From: Candidatus Latescibacterota bacterium
GTDB taxonomy: Bacteria; Latescibacterota; UBA2968; UBA8231
Reading direction: 5' to 3'
DNA length: 64,000 bases
NCBI GenBank assembly: GCA_965221775.1
Contig: CBDCSU010000006.1
Span: 2,144,001 to 2,208,000 of the forward strand
Shown here: positions 31,686 to 45,812 of the stretch, one piece after another
How positions within the stretch are numbered: position 1 is the stretch's first letter
How the letters are laid out: the number at the start of each line of letters is the position of its first letter
Made by a program: the position numbers and the translations under genes
Notes under the pieces: generated by a model
The model's database searches: none
Seen by the model: only the letters and a program-made list of their open reading frames with translations
Told to the model about the DNA's origin: nothing

Positions 31686-33266
31686 TTACACGTCCGCCTG
31701 CGTCCAGTCTCCGTCGATCAGGCGCCAGACGCCGCCGGGGTTCTCGTCGCGCAGCTCCACCGGCAGGCGGTGGGGGCGCACCTCGTCGTAGCAGCAGAGC
31801 ATGGCGAAGCGCAGCATGGAGGCGGGAATTCCGACGGCGGTGAAGCCGGGGTGTCCCGTGGCCGGGTACGGTCCGCCGTGGTTCATGGAGGGCACCACCG
31901 CCACGCCGGTGGGCATCTTGTCGTTGAGGAGGCGCCCCACCCGCCGCCGCAGGGCCGGCGCGATGCGCTCGTAGGCGTCGTCGTCGGAGCCGCCCGTGTC
32001 GGAGTAGATGCAGCCGGTGAGGTTGCCCTCGAGGCGGCGCGCCACCTCGGCGGCCTGGCCGACATCGTCGGCCACCACGAAGAGGCTCTCGTTGCCGAAG
32101 GCCTCGGTCTGCAGGGCCTCGGGGTCGTCCAGGAACCGCTGCGCCGTGGTCCGCAGCAGGGTGTTGCTGTAGCTGTAGCCGGTGCCGGCGCCGGTCTCGC
32201 CCCCGGTGACCAGCTCGGCGCCGGCGGCCTGCAGGGCGCGGACGCTCGCCTCCATGCCGCTCTCCACGCCGGCGGCCAGCAGGGTGCCCACCGGCGCGTT
32301 GTCGAAGCGTTCCGCCGACCGGGCGATGAACCCCTCGGACTCGTCGCCGACCAGGAGCACCACGATCCCCGGGTTGGTGCAGAACTGCCCGGTCCCCATG
32401 AGGCAGGAGGTCTGGAACTCCTCGGCGATCTCGGCGCCGCGCTCGCGGATCGCCCCGGGCAGCACGTACACGGGGTTGATGGAGCTCAGCTCCAGGTAGA
32501 TCGGCTTGCCGGCGGCGTCGGCCGCCGCCTTGAGGGCCAGTCCCGCCGCTCTCGACCCGGTGTAGCCGGTGGCCCCGAGCCTCGGGTGCGAGACCAGCCT
32601 TTTGCCGACCTCGTGGTCGGTGCGGTAGATGAGCTGCACCGTCGCCTCCGGCAGGCCCGCCTCCCTCACCGCCCGCAGTGCCTCCTCGGCCAGCAGACGC
32701 GTCGTCCCGGGATGGGAGGAGTTGGCCTTGGCGATGACCGGGCAGCCGGCGCCGACGGCGGCGGCGAAGTCCCCGCCGGAGACGCTGTTGAAGGCGAGGG
32801 GGAAGTTGTTCGGGCCGAAGACCGCCACCCCTCCCTCGAGGGCGCGGTACATGGAGCGGATGCCGCTGCCGGTGTCGATGGTGGGCAGGCTCCAGGAGCG
32901 GCCGAGGGCCGCGGCCGCCGCCTGGCGGAGCTGGCCGGTGGTCCGCGGCAGCTCGATCTCGGCCAGCCGGGGCGCCGCGGGAAGGCCGGTCTCGGTCTCG
33001 GCCATGGCGACGATCTCGTCGGCGCGGGCCTCGATGCGGGAGGCGAAGGCCTCGAGGAAGGCGGCGGCGCCGTCGGGATGGGAGTCCTGCAGGGCCTCGG
33101 AGGCTTCAGCCGCCGCCTCCACCGCCTCCACCACTTCTTCCGGACCGCTGACGGGGTAGGTCTCCCCCGTGGCTTGGCGGGTGCGCGGGTTCGTCGGCTC
33201 GAAGGTGCCCGCGGCCCTGGAGTCGCGCCACTCTCCGGCGATCAGGACGGGCTGTGTCTGCGCCAT
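31686..33266 (-). CDS. NADP-dependent aldehyde dehydrogenase (alpha-ketoglutaric semialdehyde dehydrogenase-like)
   Basis: VAVFGPNNFPLAF, GGDFAAA, GYTGS, ELSSINP, GTGQFCTNPG (catalytic Cys), EAFG, PTGVAV..SMNHGGPYPAT. Confidence 0.88.
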   Translation of the reverse strand: MAQTQPVLIAGEWRDSRAAGTFEPTNPRTRQATGETYPVSGPEEVVEAVEAAAEASEALQDSHPDGAAAFLEAFASRIEARADEIVAMAETETGLPAAPRLAEIELPRTTGQLRQAAAAALGRSWSLPTIDTGSGIRSMYRALEGGVAVFGPNNFPLAFNSVSGGDFAAAVGAGCPVIAKANSSHPGTTRLLAEEALRAVREAGLPEATVQLIYRTDHEVGKRLVSHPRLGATGYTGSRAAGLALKAAADAAGKPIYLELSSINPVYVLPGAIRERGAEIAEEFQTSCLMGTGQFCTNPGIVVLLVGDESEGFIARSAERFDNAPVGTLLAAGVESGMEASVRALQAAGAELVTGGETGAGTGYSYSNTLLRTTAQRFLDDPEALQTEAFGNESLFVVADDVGQAAEVARRLEGNLTGCIYSDTGGSDDDAYERIAPALRRRVGRLLNDKMPTGVAVVPSMNHGGPYPATGHPGFTAVGIPASMLRFAMLCCYDEVRPHRLPVELRDENPGGVWRLIDGDWTQADV

Positions 33267-33300
33267 GGCGCGGATTCCTTTCTGTTGGAGCGCGGGGCGC

Positions 33301-34776
33301 TCAGAACGTGCTCTCTCGGTTGGTGATCGGGCACCAGCGCGAGACCGTGAGAAAGTCGTAGAGGGCCTCCCGGGCCTCCGGGGTGCCGATCCTCTGCAGG
33401 GCCTCGATGCCGTGGTTGCGGACGTAGCGGTTGCCGTCGTCCAGGGCCGCCACCAGGGCCTCGGTGGCCGGGGCCGCTTCGGGGCCGCGGCGGGCGAGGC
33501 CGTAGGCGGCGTCGAAGCGCACCTGGTCGTCATCGTCGGCGAGCAACTGCTGCAGGGCGGGGACCGCCGCCTCCGGCCGCCCCTGCATCGTGCCGAGGGC
33601 GTCGGCGGCGTTGCGGCGCACGAACTTGGAGGGATCCCCGGCGAGCGCGGCCACCGCCTCCACGGCCCCGGGACCGGCGGCCATCTCGCCGAGGGCGAAG
33701 GCCGCGTAGCCGCGGCTCGATTCCGAATCCGCGCCGCAGGCCGCGATCAGCGCCGGCACCGCCGCGGAGCCGGCGGCGGCCAGCCCGTAGGAGGCGCTCA
33801 GCCGCGCCGGTTCCACCTCGTCGTCGAGGGCGTCCACCAGGGCGTCGACGGCGTCCTCGCCGACGGCCCCCAGCCCGTAGCCGGCGTTCAGGCGCACCGG
33901 CTCGGCCTCGTCCCGCAGGGCGTCGCGCAGGGCCGACACTCCGGCGGCGGAGGCCCCGGTGCCGCCCAGGGCGGTGGCCGCATCGAGACGCTCCTCCAGA
34001 CCGCCTCCCCGCAGGCGGTCGATGGCCTCGTCACCGCCCACGGCGGCGGGCGCGTCGAAGGGCTCGCCGCGGTGCCAGCTCCAGGCCGACCGCCACATGG
34101 CGTCGTGGCGGTCGCCGAGGCCGTTGCCGCCGGGCCAGTCCGGCCTCTCGGAGCGCCAGGTCGGGGCCGCGGGCTCGGACATGCGGGTGAACTGGAACTT
34201 CATCATGAAGCGGGTGTTGTCCGTGTGGTTGGGGAAGGCCCGGTGCCACAGGTCGAAGTGGACGAGGACGGCGGTGCCCGCGGCGCCGAGACAGGGCACG
34301 GCCTCGCCGTCGGTCTCCCAGGACTCCTTGGCCACGTAGTTCTGGGAGCCCGGCACCACGCCGGTAGGGCCGTTGGCCTCGGAGACGTCCTGGGGGTAGT
34401 AGAACAGCATGGCCCAGCGGTTGCGGTGGTTGCGCGGCACCCGGTTGAAGCCCCAGTAGCTGTCCTTGTGAGTGCCGCCGCCGTCGCTGCCGCCCTGGTT
34501 CACGTGGCAGTGGCGGTGGGAGTGCATGATGTAGTCGGGGCCGAGCACGCTCGTCAGGGCGCCGCGCAGGGCCGGGTCGTCGAAGACCTGCCTGAGCTGC
34601 GGTACCCGGGGCAGGATGTTGTTGCCCGGGTTGCCCTCCTTCTCCAGGACATCGGAGGTGCGCCGGTAGATCTCCTCGTGCAGCGTGGCCGGCAGGCTCG
34701 TGTGGAGCACGAGGTAGCCGTTGGCGATGTAGTCGCGCATCTGTTCGTCGCTGAGCAGGTGCCTGGGATCGATCAA
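33301..34776 (-). CDS. PhyH-family Fe(II)/2OG dioxygenase fused to HEAT (PBS-lyase-like) repeats
   Basis: TTG after AGGAGG; HKDSYW (HxD), GPTGVVPGS, LWHRAFPN; repeats VRLNAGYGLG, VRRNAADALG, VRFDAAYGLA. Confidence 0.85.
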   Translation of the reverse strand: MIDPRHLLSDEQMRDYIANGYLVLHTSLPATLHEEIYRRTSDVLEKEGNPGNNILPRVPQLRQVFDDPALRGALTSVLGPDYIMHSHRHCHVNQGGSDGGGTHKDSYWGFNRVPRNHRNRWAMLFYYPQDVSEANGPTGVVPGSQNYVAKESWETDGEAVPCLGAAGTAVLVHFDLWHRAFPNHTDNTRFMMKFQFTRMSEPAAPTWRSERPDWPGGNGLGDRHDAMWRSAWSWHRGEPFDAPAAVGGDEAIDRLRGGGLEERLDAATALGGTGASAAGVSALRDALRDEAEPVRLNAGYGLGAVGEDAVDALVDALDDEVEPARLSASYGLAAAGSAAVPALIAACGADSESSRGYAAFALGEMAAGPGAVEAVAALAGDPSKFVRRNAADALGTMQGRPEAAVPALQQLLADDDDQVRFDAAYGLARRGPEAAPATEALVAALDDGNRYVRNHGIEALQRIGTPEAREALYDFLTVSRWCPITNRESTF

Positions 34777-34816
34777 GGCTCTTCCTCCTGGGGACGGTTC
34801 GGGGGTCCGGGCCGCT

Positions 34817-34845
34817 ACCATAGCCGGGGGCCGGCCTTCCTGCAA
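34817..34845 (-). promoter_or_regulatory. Possible sigma70 promoter for the PhyH-ALDH pair
   Basis: TTGCAG-17 nt-TATGGT. Confidence 0.4.
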
Positions 34846-34943
34846 GGTGGGACGGCCGAGGCAGGGGCGGACCACGGCAGCTCGCGGCACCGCCGTACGG
34901 TCACGTCCGGGGATGGGAGGCGCGTGGCCGGGCGGGCCCTCCC

Positions 34944-35240
34944 TCATGGAAGGGGCCGCAGGCGCACCAGGGTTGCCCCCCAGCCGCCGCCTCCGGTGCC
35001 GGCCAGGGAGTAGCTCTCCACGAAGGGGAGGCGGTCCAGGGCGGCGTGGACGGTGCGCCGCAGCGCGCCCGTGCCCTTGCCGTGGATGACGCGGGCGTCC
35101 AGGATGCCCCGCTTGCGGCACTCGGACAGGTAGTCGGCCACCAGGTCCGCCGCCTCCCTGGGCCGGAAGGTGTGCAGATCGAGGGTGCCGTCGATGGGCA
35201 ACTCCACCGGCTGCTCTTCGAAATCCCTCTCGTCGCTCAT
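34944..35240 (-). CDS. Stand-alone Smr/MutS2 domain protein
   Basis: LDLHTF, RVIHGKGTGALR, GGWGAT; start MSDERD after GAGGAG. Confidence 0.88.
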   Translation of the reverse strand: MSDERDFEEQPVELPIDGTLDLHTFRPREAADLVADYLSECRKRGILDARVIHGKGTGALRRTVHAALDRLPFVESYSLAGTGGGGWGATLVRLRPLP

Positions 35241-35461
35241 CGCGGCTGCTCCTCGGGGTGTGTGGCGGGTCCCGCGCATCGGATAAGCAAGTGCAACGAG
35301 CCCCGCGGGCAATCGGGCAAGAGGCCGATAGCCATCTGCGGCTTTCCCCGCGGCGGACCTGCGTCCGGGACTTTTCCTTTTATATATGGCACACATGGCC
35401 AAGTGAGGCCGCGGGCCGTCTCGGGCCCACGATCCCGGCAACCCATCGAGGAGTCGATCCC

Positions 35462-36865
35462 ATGCCCCATCCTGTCCGCATCGGCGTCATCGGCGCCGGT
35501 TCCGCCACCTTCTCCCTCGGCCTGGTGAAGGACCTGTGCCTGACCGGCAACCTGGCCGGCAGCGAGGTCCACTTCATGGACATCGATGCCGACCGCCTCG
35601 ACGCGGTGACCCGCATGGCCTCCCGCTACACCGGCGAGATCGGGGGCGACCTGCGCTTCCGGCAGACCACGAACCGGGAAGAGGCGCTGAGAGAGGCCGA
35701 CTTCGTCATCAACACCGCCATGGTGCAGAGTCACTACCACCAGGTCGACATGCGCGCCCTGATGGCCCGGCACGGCTACTACTACCGGGGCGTGTCGGGC
35801 GGGTCCTTCTACCAGTTGCGGCTGATGATGGAGGTGGCGCGGGACATGGAGAGGCTCTGCCCGGAGGCCTGGCTCATCCAGTCGGGCAACCCCGTCTTCG
35901 ACGGCTGCACCCTCATGACCCGGGAGACGGGGATCAAGGTCTGCGGCCTGTGCCACGGCCACTACGGCTACCACCGCATCGCCCAGGAGCTGGGCTTCGA
36001 TCTGGAGCGCGTCGACTTCCAGGCGCCTGGGGTCAACCACTGCATCTGGATGACCCATTTCCTCTACGACGGGGAGGACGCCTACCCCCGCATCGACCGC
36101 TGGATCGACGAGCACGGCGAGGAGTACTGGCGCACCCACGAGGCCGACGGCACCCACGACATCCAGCTCTCCCGCGGCGCCGTGCACCAGTACCGCATGT
36201 ACGGCCTGTTCCCCATCGGCGACTCCCCGCGCGTCGGCGGCTGGTGGTACCACACCGACATCGACACCAAGAAGCACTGGTTCGGGGAGCCCTACGGCGG
36301 TCCGGACACCCACATCGCCCGGCCCGTCCACGTGGACCGCCTGGAGAAGCGGCTGGCCCAGGTGCAGGCCGCCTGCGAGGATCCGTCGGCGCGCATGACC
36401 GAGGTCTTCGGCACCGAGCGCACCCGCGAGCAGCAGGTGCCCATCATCGACGCCCTGACCAACGACGAGCGCGGCACCTTCCAGGTGAACGTGCCGAACC
36501 GGGGCGCCCTGCCCGGAGTGGATGACGACGTCGTCGTGGAAGTGCCGGCGGTGATCGACCGCAAGGGGATCCATCCCCTGCGGGTGGCGCCGCTGCCGAG
36601 GAAGATTATGCTGGAGCAGCTGCTGCCCACGATCCTGGGCATGGAGCGGGAGCTGGAGGCCTACCGCACGGGGGACCGCAGCATGCTCCTGTGGAACGCC
36701 CTTGAGCACCACCAGACGCGGTCCTACAACCAGGCCTTCGCGGCCCTGGAGGAGCTGCTGCGGCAGCCGTCGAACCGCGAGCTGGCCGAGCACTTCCGCT
36801 ATCCGTGGACGGACGGTGAGAGCGGGCGCTACCTGCAGTCCACGGAGGGCGCGGCGGCGGGTTGA
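35462..36865 (+). CDS. Glycoside hydrolase family 4 (NAD+/Mn2+-dependent alpha-glycosidase)
   Basis: IGVIGAGSATF, ADFVINT, GNP, GLCHG, GVNHCIW, VNVPNRG, VVEVPA. Confidence 0.9.
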   Translation: MPHPVRIGVIGAGSATFSLGLVKDLCLTGNLAGSEVHFMDIDADRLDAVTRMASRYTGEIGGDLRFRQTTNREEALREADFVINTAMVQSHYHQVDMRALMARHGYYYRGVSGGSFYQLRLMMEVARDMERLCPEAWLIQSGNPVFDGCTLMTRETGIKVCGLCHGHYGYHRIAQELGFDLERVDFQAPGVNHCIWMTHFLYDGEDAYPRIDRWIDEHGEEYWRTHEADGTHDIQLSRGAVHQYRMYGLFPIGDSPRVGGWWYHTDIDTKKHWFGEPYGGPDTHIARPVHVDRLEKRLAQVQAACEDPSARMTEVFGTERTREQQVPIIDALTNDERGTFQVNVPNRGALPGVDDDVVVEVPAVIDRKGIHPLRVAPLPRKIMLEQLLPTILGMERELEAYRTGDRSMLLWNALEHHQTRSYNQAFAALEELLRQPSNRELAEHFRYPWTDGESGRYLQSTEGAAAG

Positions 36866-36881
36866 GGCGGGGCCGGCGGCC

Positions 36882-37706
36882 TCAGGAGAGCACGGCCGGC
36901 CGGTCCCCCCGGACGAACCCCCAGAGCTCGGGGCGGAACTCCACGGCGTTCACCGCCTTCCACCGGCCCTCTTCCTCTTCCACCATCTCGAACTCCACCA
37001 TCGTGCCCCGGGTCTTGTACTGGGCGAACTGGGCGTTGTCCAGCGGCCGGCCCTCGGCCGAGCGCAGGTCGGTGATGTGGAGGAAGATGTCCTCGCGCAG
37101 GCTGTCCATGCCCATGCCGGTCTGCACCGTGAGGAACCCGTAGCCCCGCTCTTCGTTGACGGCGTGCACGATGCCTCTCAGGCGTTCGCCCCCGCCCCGG
37201 TCCTCGGGCAGCAGGCCGGGCACCAGGTAGCCGGAGAAGTGGTTGTCCACCTCCTCGCGCAGCCTCGTACTGGTGTTCATGAAGGAGAGCAGGTCGACGC
37301 GCTTGCCGCGGTTCTGCAGGGCCCGCACGAGGCGGAGGAAGTCGCCGTCGCCGGAGCCGAGCAGCACGTAGTCGAGTCTCTCCGTCTGCAGCAGGGCGTC
37401 CACCGCCAGCTCCAGGTCGGCATTGGCCTTGGTGATGACCTGGCCCTCCGTATCTCGATAGATCTGCACCTCCTTGAGGACCAGGTGATAGCCTTCGCGC
37501 CGCACCCGGCTGCGGTACTCGGCCTTCTTCTGCCCGTACTCCGGGTCCCTGGTCTCGCGATCACGGTCGAGGGCCATGTAGGCGTTGGCCCGCACCACCA
37601 CGGCGCCCTGGGCCTCGGCCAGGGCCTTGACCTGGCGGTACTGGAGGGCGTACCCGCCGCACCGGTTGAGGTTCTCCATGTCGAGAAAGATGCCTGCCTT
37701 CAGCAA
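36882..37706 (-). CDS. NYN/LabA (PIN-like) domain protein with C-terminal cold-shock domain
   Basis: GIFLDMENL, KANADLELAVDAL, LGSGDGDFLRLV; CSD RGYGFL...DIFLHI; TTG start after GGGAG. Confidence 0.85.
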   Translation of the reverse strand: MLKAGIFLDMENLNRCGGYALQYRQVKALAEAQGAVVVRANAYMALDRDRETRDPEYGQKKAEYRSRVRREGYHLVLKEVQIYRDTEGQVITKANADLELAVDALLQTERLDYVLLGSGDGDFLRLVRALQNRGKRVDLLSFMNTSTRLREEVDNHFSGYLVPGLLPEDRGGGERLRGIVHAVNEERGYGFLTVQTGMGMDSLREDIFLHITDLRSAEGRPLDNAQFAQYKTRGTMVEFEMVEEEEGRWKAVNAVEFRPELWGFVRGDRPAVLS

Positions 37707-37758
37707 CCGGGTGTCTCCCTTCCGTGGAGGCGGGTCTTCGAGCCGGGGGTACGGCAAC

Positions 37759-37867
37759 CCCCCCGAAGGCTTGCGTCCCAAGCGGGACGGTGAGCCCTCG
37801 GGGGGATCGGTAGTGAGGGGCTTGCCCGGGCGGCTGCGAGAGCCCCGTGGAGATACGGCCGCCCGGG
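37759..37867. other. Two GC-rich stem-loops downstream of the TonB receptor
   Basis: CCCCCCGA.GGCT..CGTCCC-AAGC-GGGACG...AGCC.TCGGGGGG and CCCGGGCGGC...GCCGCCCGGG. Confidence 0.5.
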
Positions 37868-37882
37868 GTATTGAAGGTGCCT

Positions 37883-40480
<2,598 letters not shown>

Positions 40481-40528
40481 CGGAGTGGTCCTCCGTTCAG
40501 GGAGTGAGTGTTGCAGGAGAGAGATGAG

Positions 40529-43162
<2,634 letters not shown>

Positions 43163-43444
43163 GCCCGACCCCCAAGGGTTGAGACGCAGCTTGACCAGCC
43201 AAAGGACGGAATTTTGAAAACGTTGGAAAAGCTCTTACTCTAACGCTATGGCTGTCAACCAGCAGGGGAAGACTCGGCCTCCGGCACGGCAGGTTCAGCT
43301 TTCGGAGCCCTCCCTGCTCCTTGTGGCGGGCATCGGGGCTTATGATCTTTCCTGGCGGGAAGGGAGGTTCCTTCGCCGCTGCGTCCTTGGCGAGCCCTCC
43401 GGCCCCGGCGGGGATCCGTCCGCTTGTCCCGAGGGATGACGAGA

Positions 43445-43885
43445 ATGGATGTCAATCTGAGATTCGACCTCAGCCTCGACAGCGAGGAGCCCCGGCGCAT
43501 TGCCGAGCAGTTCGAACGCTTCGGGGCGGAGAACGGGCTTCCGGCCAGGACGATTTTCGGGTTCCAGTTGGCCCTGGACGAGATATTGACAAACGTGATA
43601 TCCTACGGATTCACGGAAGACGCTCAGGACGCGGTCATCACGGTGACTCTCCACCTCACTGACTCAGAGGTGGGAGCTGTTATCGTGGACAACGGCAAGC
43701 CCTTCAACCCCCTCGAGGACGCCGCCGAGCCCGATGTGGCCCTTCCTGCCTCGGACCGTACTATCGGCGGCCTCGGCATCCACCTAACCAAGGCATTCGT
43801 TCAGAAGCTCACCTACGAGCGGGTGGACGGGTGCAATCGCCTGAACCTCGTGCAGCCCTTGGAGGCTCCGGAGGACGATGCATGA
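43445..43885 (+). CDS. Anti-sigma factor Ser kinase (RsbW/SpoIIAB-like, HATPase_c_2)
   Basis: LALDEILTNVISYG (N box), DNGKPFNP (G1), IGGLGIHL (G2). Confidence 0.88.
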   Translation: MDVNLRFDLSLDSEEPRRIAEQFERFGAENGLPARTIFGFQLALDEILTNVISYGFTEDAQDAVITVTLHLTDSEVGAVIVDNGKPFNPLEDAAEPDVALPASDRTIGGLGIHLTKAFVQKLTYERVDGCNRLNLVQPLEAPEDDA

Positions 43886-44217
43886 ACGTTGAGACCAGCC
43901 AGACCGGAAGCACCGCCGTCGCCGCGGTCAGCGGCCGCGTGGATTCCGCGAACGCCAAGGAATTCGAAGAGGAGCTGAGTGCCATCATCGACAAGGGGGC
44001 CACCGGCCTCGTGGTCGATTGCGGCGAGCTCAACTACATAAGCAGCGCCGGGTTGCGGGTTTTCCTGATCGCCATCAGGAAGACGAGCGCAGCCGGGGGC
44101 GGTCTGGCCCTGTGCCGGGTGCCCGACCACATCAACGAAGTCCTGGAGATCAGCGGGTTCTCCCGTCTCGCCAAGGTCTTCGAAACAGTGGAGGAGGCGC
44201 GCGGCAGCTTCGGGTAG
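43882..44217 (+). CDS. STAS-domain anti-anti-sigma factor (RsbV/SpoIIAA-like)
   Basis: VSGRVDSANA, LNYISSAGLRVFL (phosphoacceptor Ser), EVLEISGF; ATGA overlap with the kinase. Confidence 0.9.
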   Translation: MNVETSQTGSTAVAAVSGRVDSANAKEFEEELSAIIDKGATGLVVDCGELNYISSAGLRVFLIAIRKTSAAGGGLALCRVPDHINEVLEISGFSRLAKVFETVEEARGSFG

Positions 44218-44371
44218 GCCCGAGGATCCAAGTGAGGTGGAGCGCATCGGCTTGGGGCCGCCGGCGTGGAATGTCGCCGGCACCGCCCGGCCAGGGCAGT
44301 GCTCGCGTGAACACTTCCCATCGAGAACCAAGAGTGGCATGTGCCGAATTCCAGCCGCAGGAGCATTCCGC

Positions 44372-45778
44372 ATGAGCGTACCTGAAGACCAACCTGCCAC
44401 GGGTTACCGCGCACCGATCGCAGCAGTGGCCGGGGCCGCCGGGATCCTCGCCATCGCCGCGATCCTCCTGGCTCCTTCGCCGGCGTCGGCCTCCGCCGAG
44501 ACCGGCTTCGTCCTCAACACCTTTTCCTTCCTGGTCTGGGGCGTCCTGATCATGTGGATGTGTGCCGGCTTCACCATGCTGGAGTCCGGCTCGGTGCGCT
44601 CGAAGAACGCCTCCATGATCTGCCTGAAGAACATCGGGCTCTACTCGATCGCCGGCCTCGCCTACTACATCATCGGCTACAGCCTCATGTACGTCGATGT
44701 GGGTGCGATGATCGGCTCCTTCGACCTCTTTCACGGTCCCTCCGAAGGTGAACGGGCCCTCCTCGGCGGGGACGAGGGGGCCCTGGCCGGCGTGGTGGCC
44801 AGCAACTACTCCACCATGTCGGACTGGTTCTTCCAGATGGTCTTCGTCGCCACCACCGCCTCGATCGTCTCCGGGACCCTGGCCGAGCGCGTCAAGCTAT
44901 GGGCCTTCTTCGCCTTCACCCTGGTCCTCACGGCAGTCATCTACCCCGTCGTCGGCGCCTGGACCTGGGGCGGGGGCTGGCTCTCGCAGATGGGTTTCCA
45001 GGACTTCGCGGGTTCCACCATCGTCCATTCCACCGGCGGCTGGGCGGCCCTGGCGGGCGCCATCGTCGTGGGACCGCGGTGGGGCAAGTTCCGCAAGGAC
45101 GGCTCGGTGAAGGTCACTCCGCCCTCCAACATCCCCGCCGTCACCCTCGGGGTCTTCATCCTCTGGCTGGGCTGGTTCGGCTTCAACGGCGGCTCCCAGC
45201 TGGCCCTTGCCGGCGTGTCCGACGCGGTGGCCATGAGCAATGTCCTTGTCAACACCAACCTCGCCGCCGCGGCGGGCGTGGTGACGGCGATCGTCGTGTC
45301 GCGGCCCATCCTCGGGCGGACCGATCTCTTCGCCGCCCTCAACGGCGCCATCGCCGGCCTGGTGGCGATCACGGCCGGACCGGACATCCTCGATGCCCGG
45401 TGGGCGATCGTCATCGGCGCCGTGGGAGCGGTCCTGTGCACGGCGGGACTGAAGCTGCTGGAGCGCCTGCGGATCGACGACGTGGTCGGCGCGGTTCCCG
45501 CCCATCTCCTGGCCGGCATCTGGGGCACCCTGGCGGTCTGCATCGCCGCGGGCGGGAGCTTCGTGGTGCAGCTCATCGGCGTGGTGAGCGTGGGGGGCTT
45601 CGTCTTTCTCGTGTCCCTCCTGCTGTGGACCGTGCTGAACAGGACCGTGGGCGCGCGGGTCTCGCGCGACGTGGAGGACATCGGCCAGGACGCGGGTGAG
45701 CTGGGAATCGACGCCTATCCCGAGTTCGCCCTCATGGTCGATCCCGAGGAGGGGGGAGACTTCCGGGACCCGGACTGA
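44372..45778 (+). CDS. amt: Ammonium transporter (Amt family)
   Basis: GFTMLESG, FFQMVF.AT..SIVSG.LAER, DFAGSTIVHS.GGW, LWLGWFGFNGGS, NGAIAGLVAITAG, IDDVVGAVPAHL. Confidence 0.95.
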   Translation: MSVPEDQPATGYRAPIAAVAGAAGILAIAAILLAPSPASASAETGFVLNTFSFLVWGVLIMWMCAGFTMLESGSVRSKNASMICLKNIGLYSIAGLAYYIIGYSLMYVDVGAMIGSFDLFHGPSEGERALLGGDEGALAGVVASNYSTMSDWFFQMVFVATTASIVSGTLAERVKLWAFFAFTLVLTAVIYPVVGAWTWGGGWLSQMGFQDFAGSTIVHSTGGWAALAGAIVVGPRWGKFRKDGSVKVTPPSNIPAVTLGVFILWLGWFGFNGGSQLALAGVSDAVAMSNVLVNTNLAAAAGVVTAIVVSRPILGRTDLFAALNGAIAGLVAITAGPDILDARWAIVIGAVGAVLCTAGLKLLERLRIDDVVGAVPAHLLAGIWGTLAVCIAAGGSFVVQLIGVVSVGGFVFLVSLLLWTVLNRTVGARVSRDVEDIGQDAGELGIDAYPEFALMVDPEEGGDFRDPD

Positions 45779-45812
45779 GCCGCTTCGGACTCACCGTCCG
45801 GCGAGCCGTCCC

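Noticed and set aside
43229-43258. TTGACA on the minus strand upstream of the TonB receptors
   Set aside because: No acceptable -10 hexamer at 16-18 nt spacing
44335-44352. TGGCAT upstream of amt as a sigma54 promoter
   Set aside because: No TTGC at the -12 position (reads GAATT)
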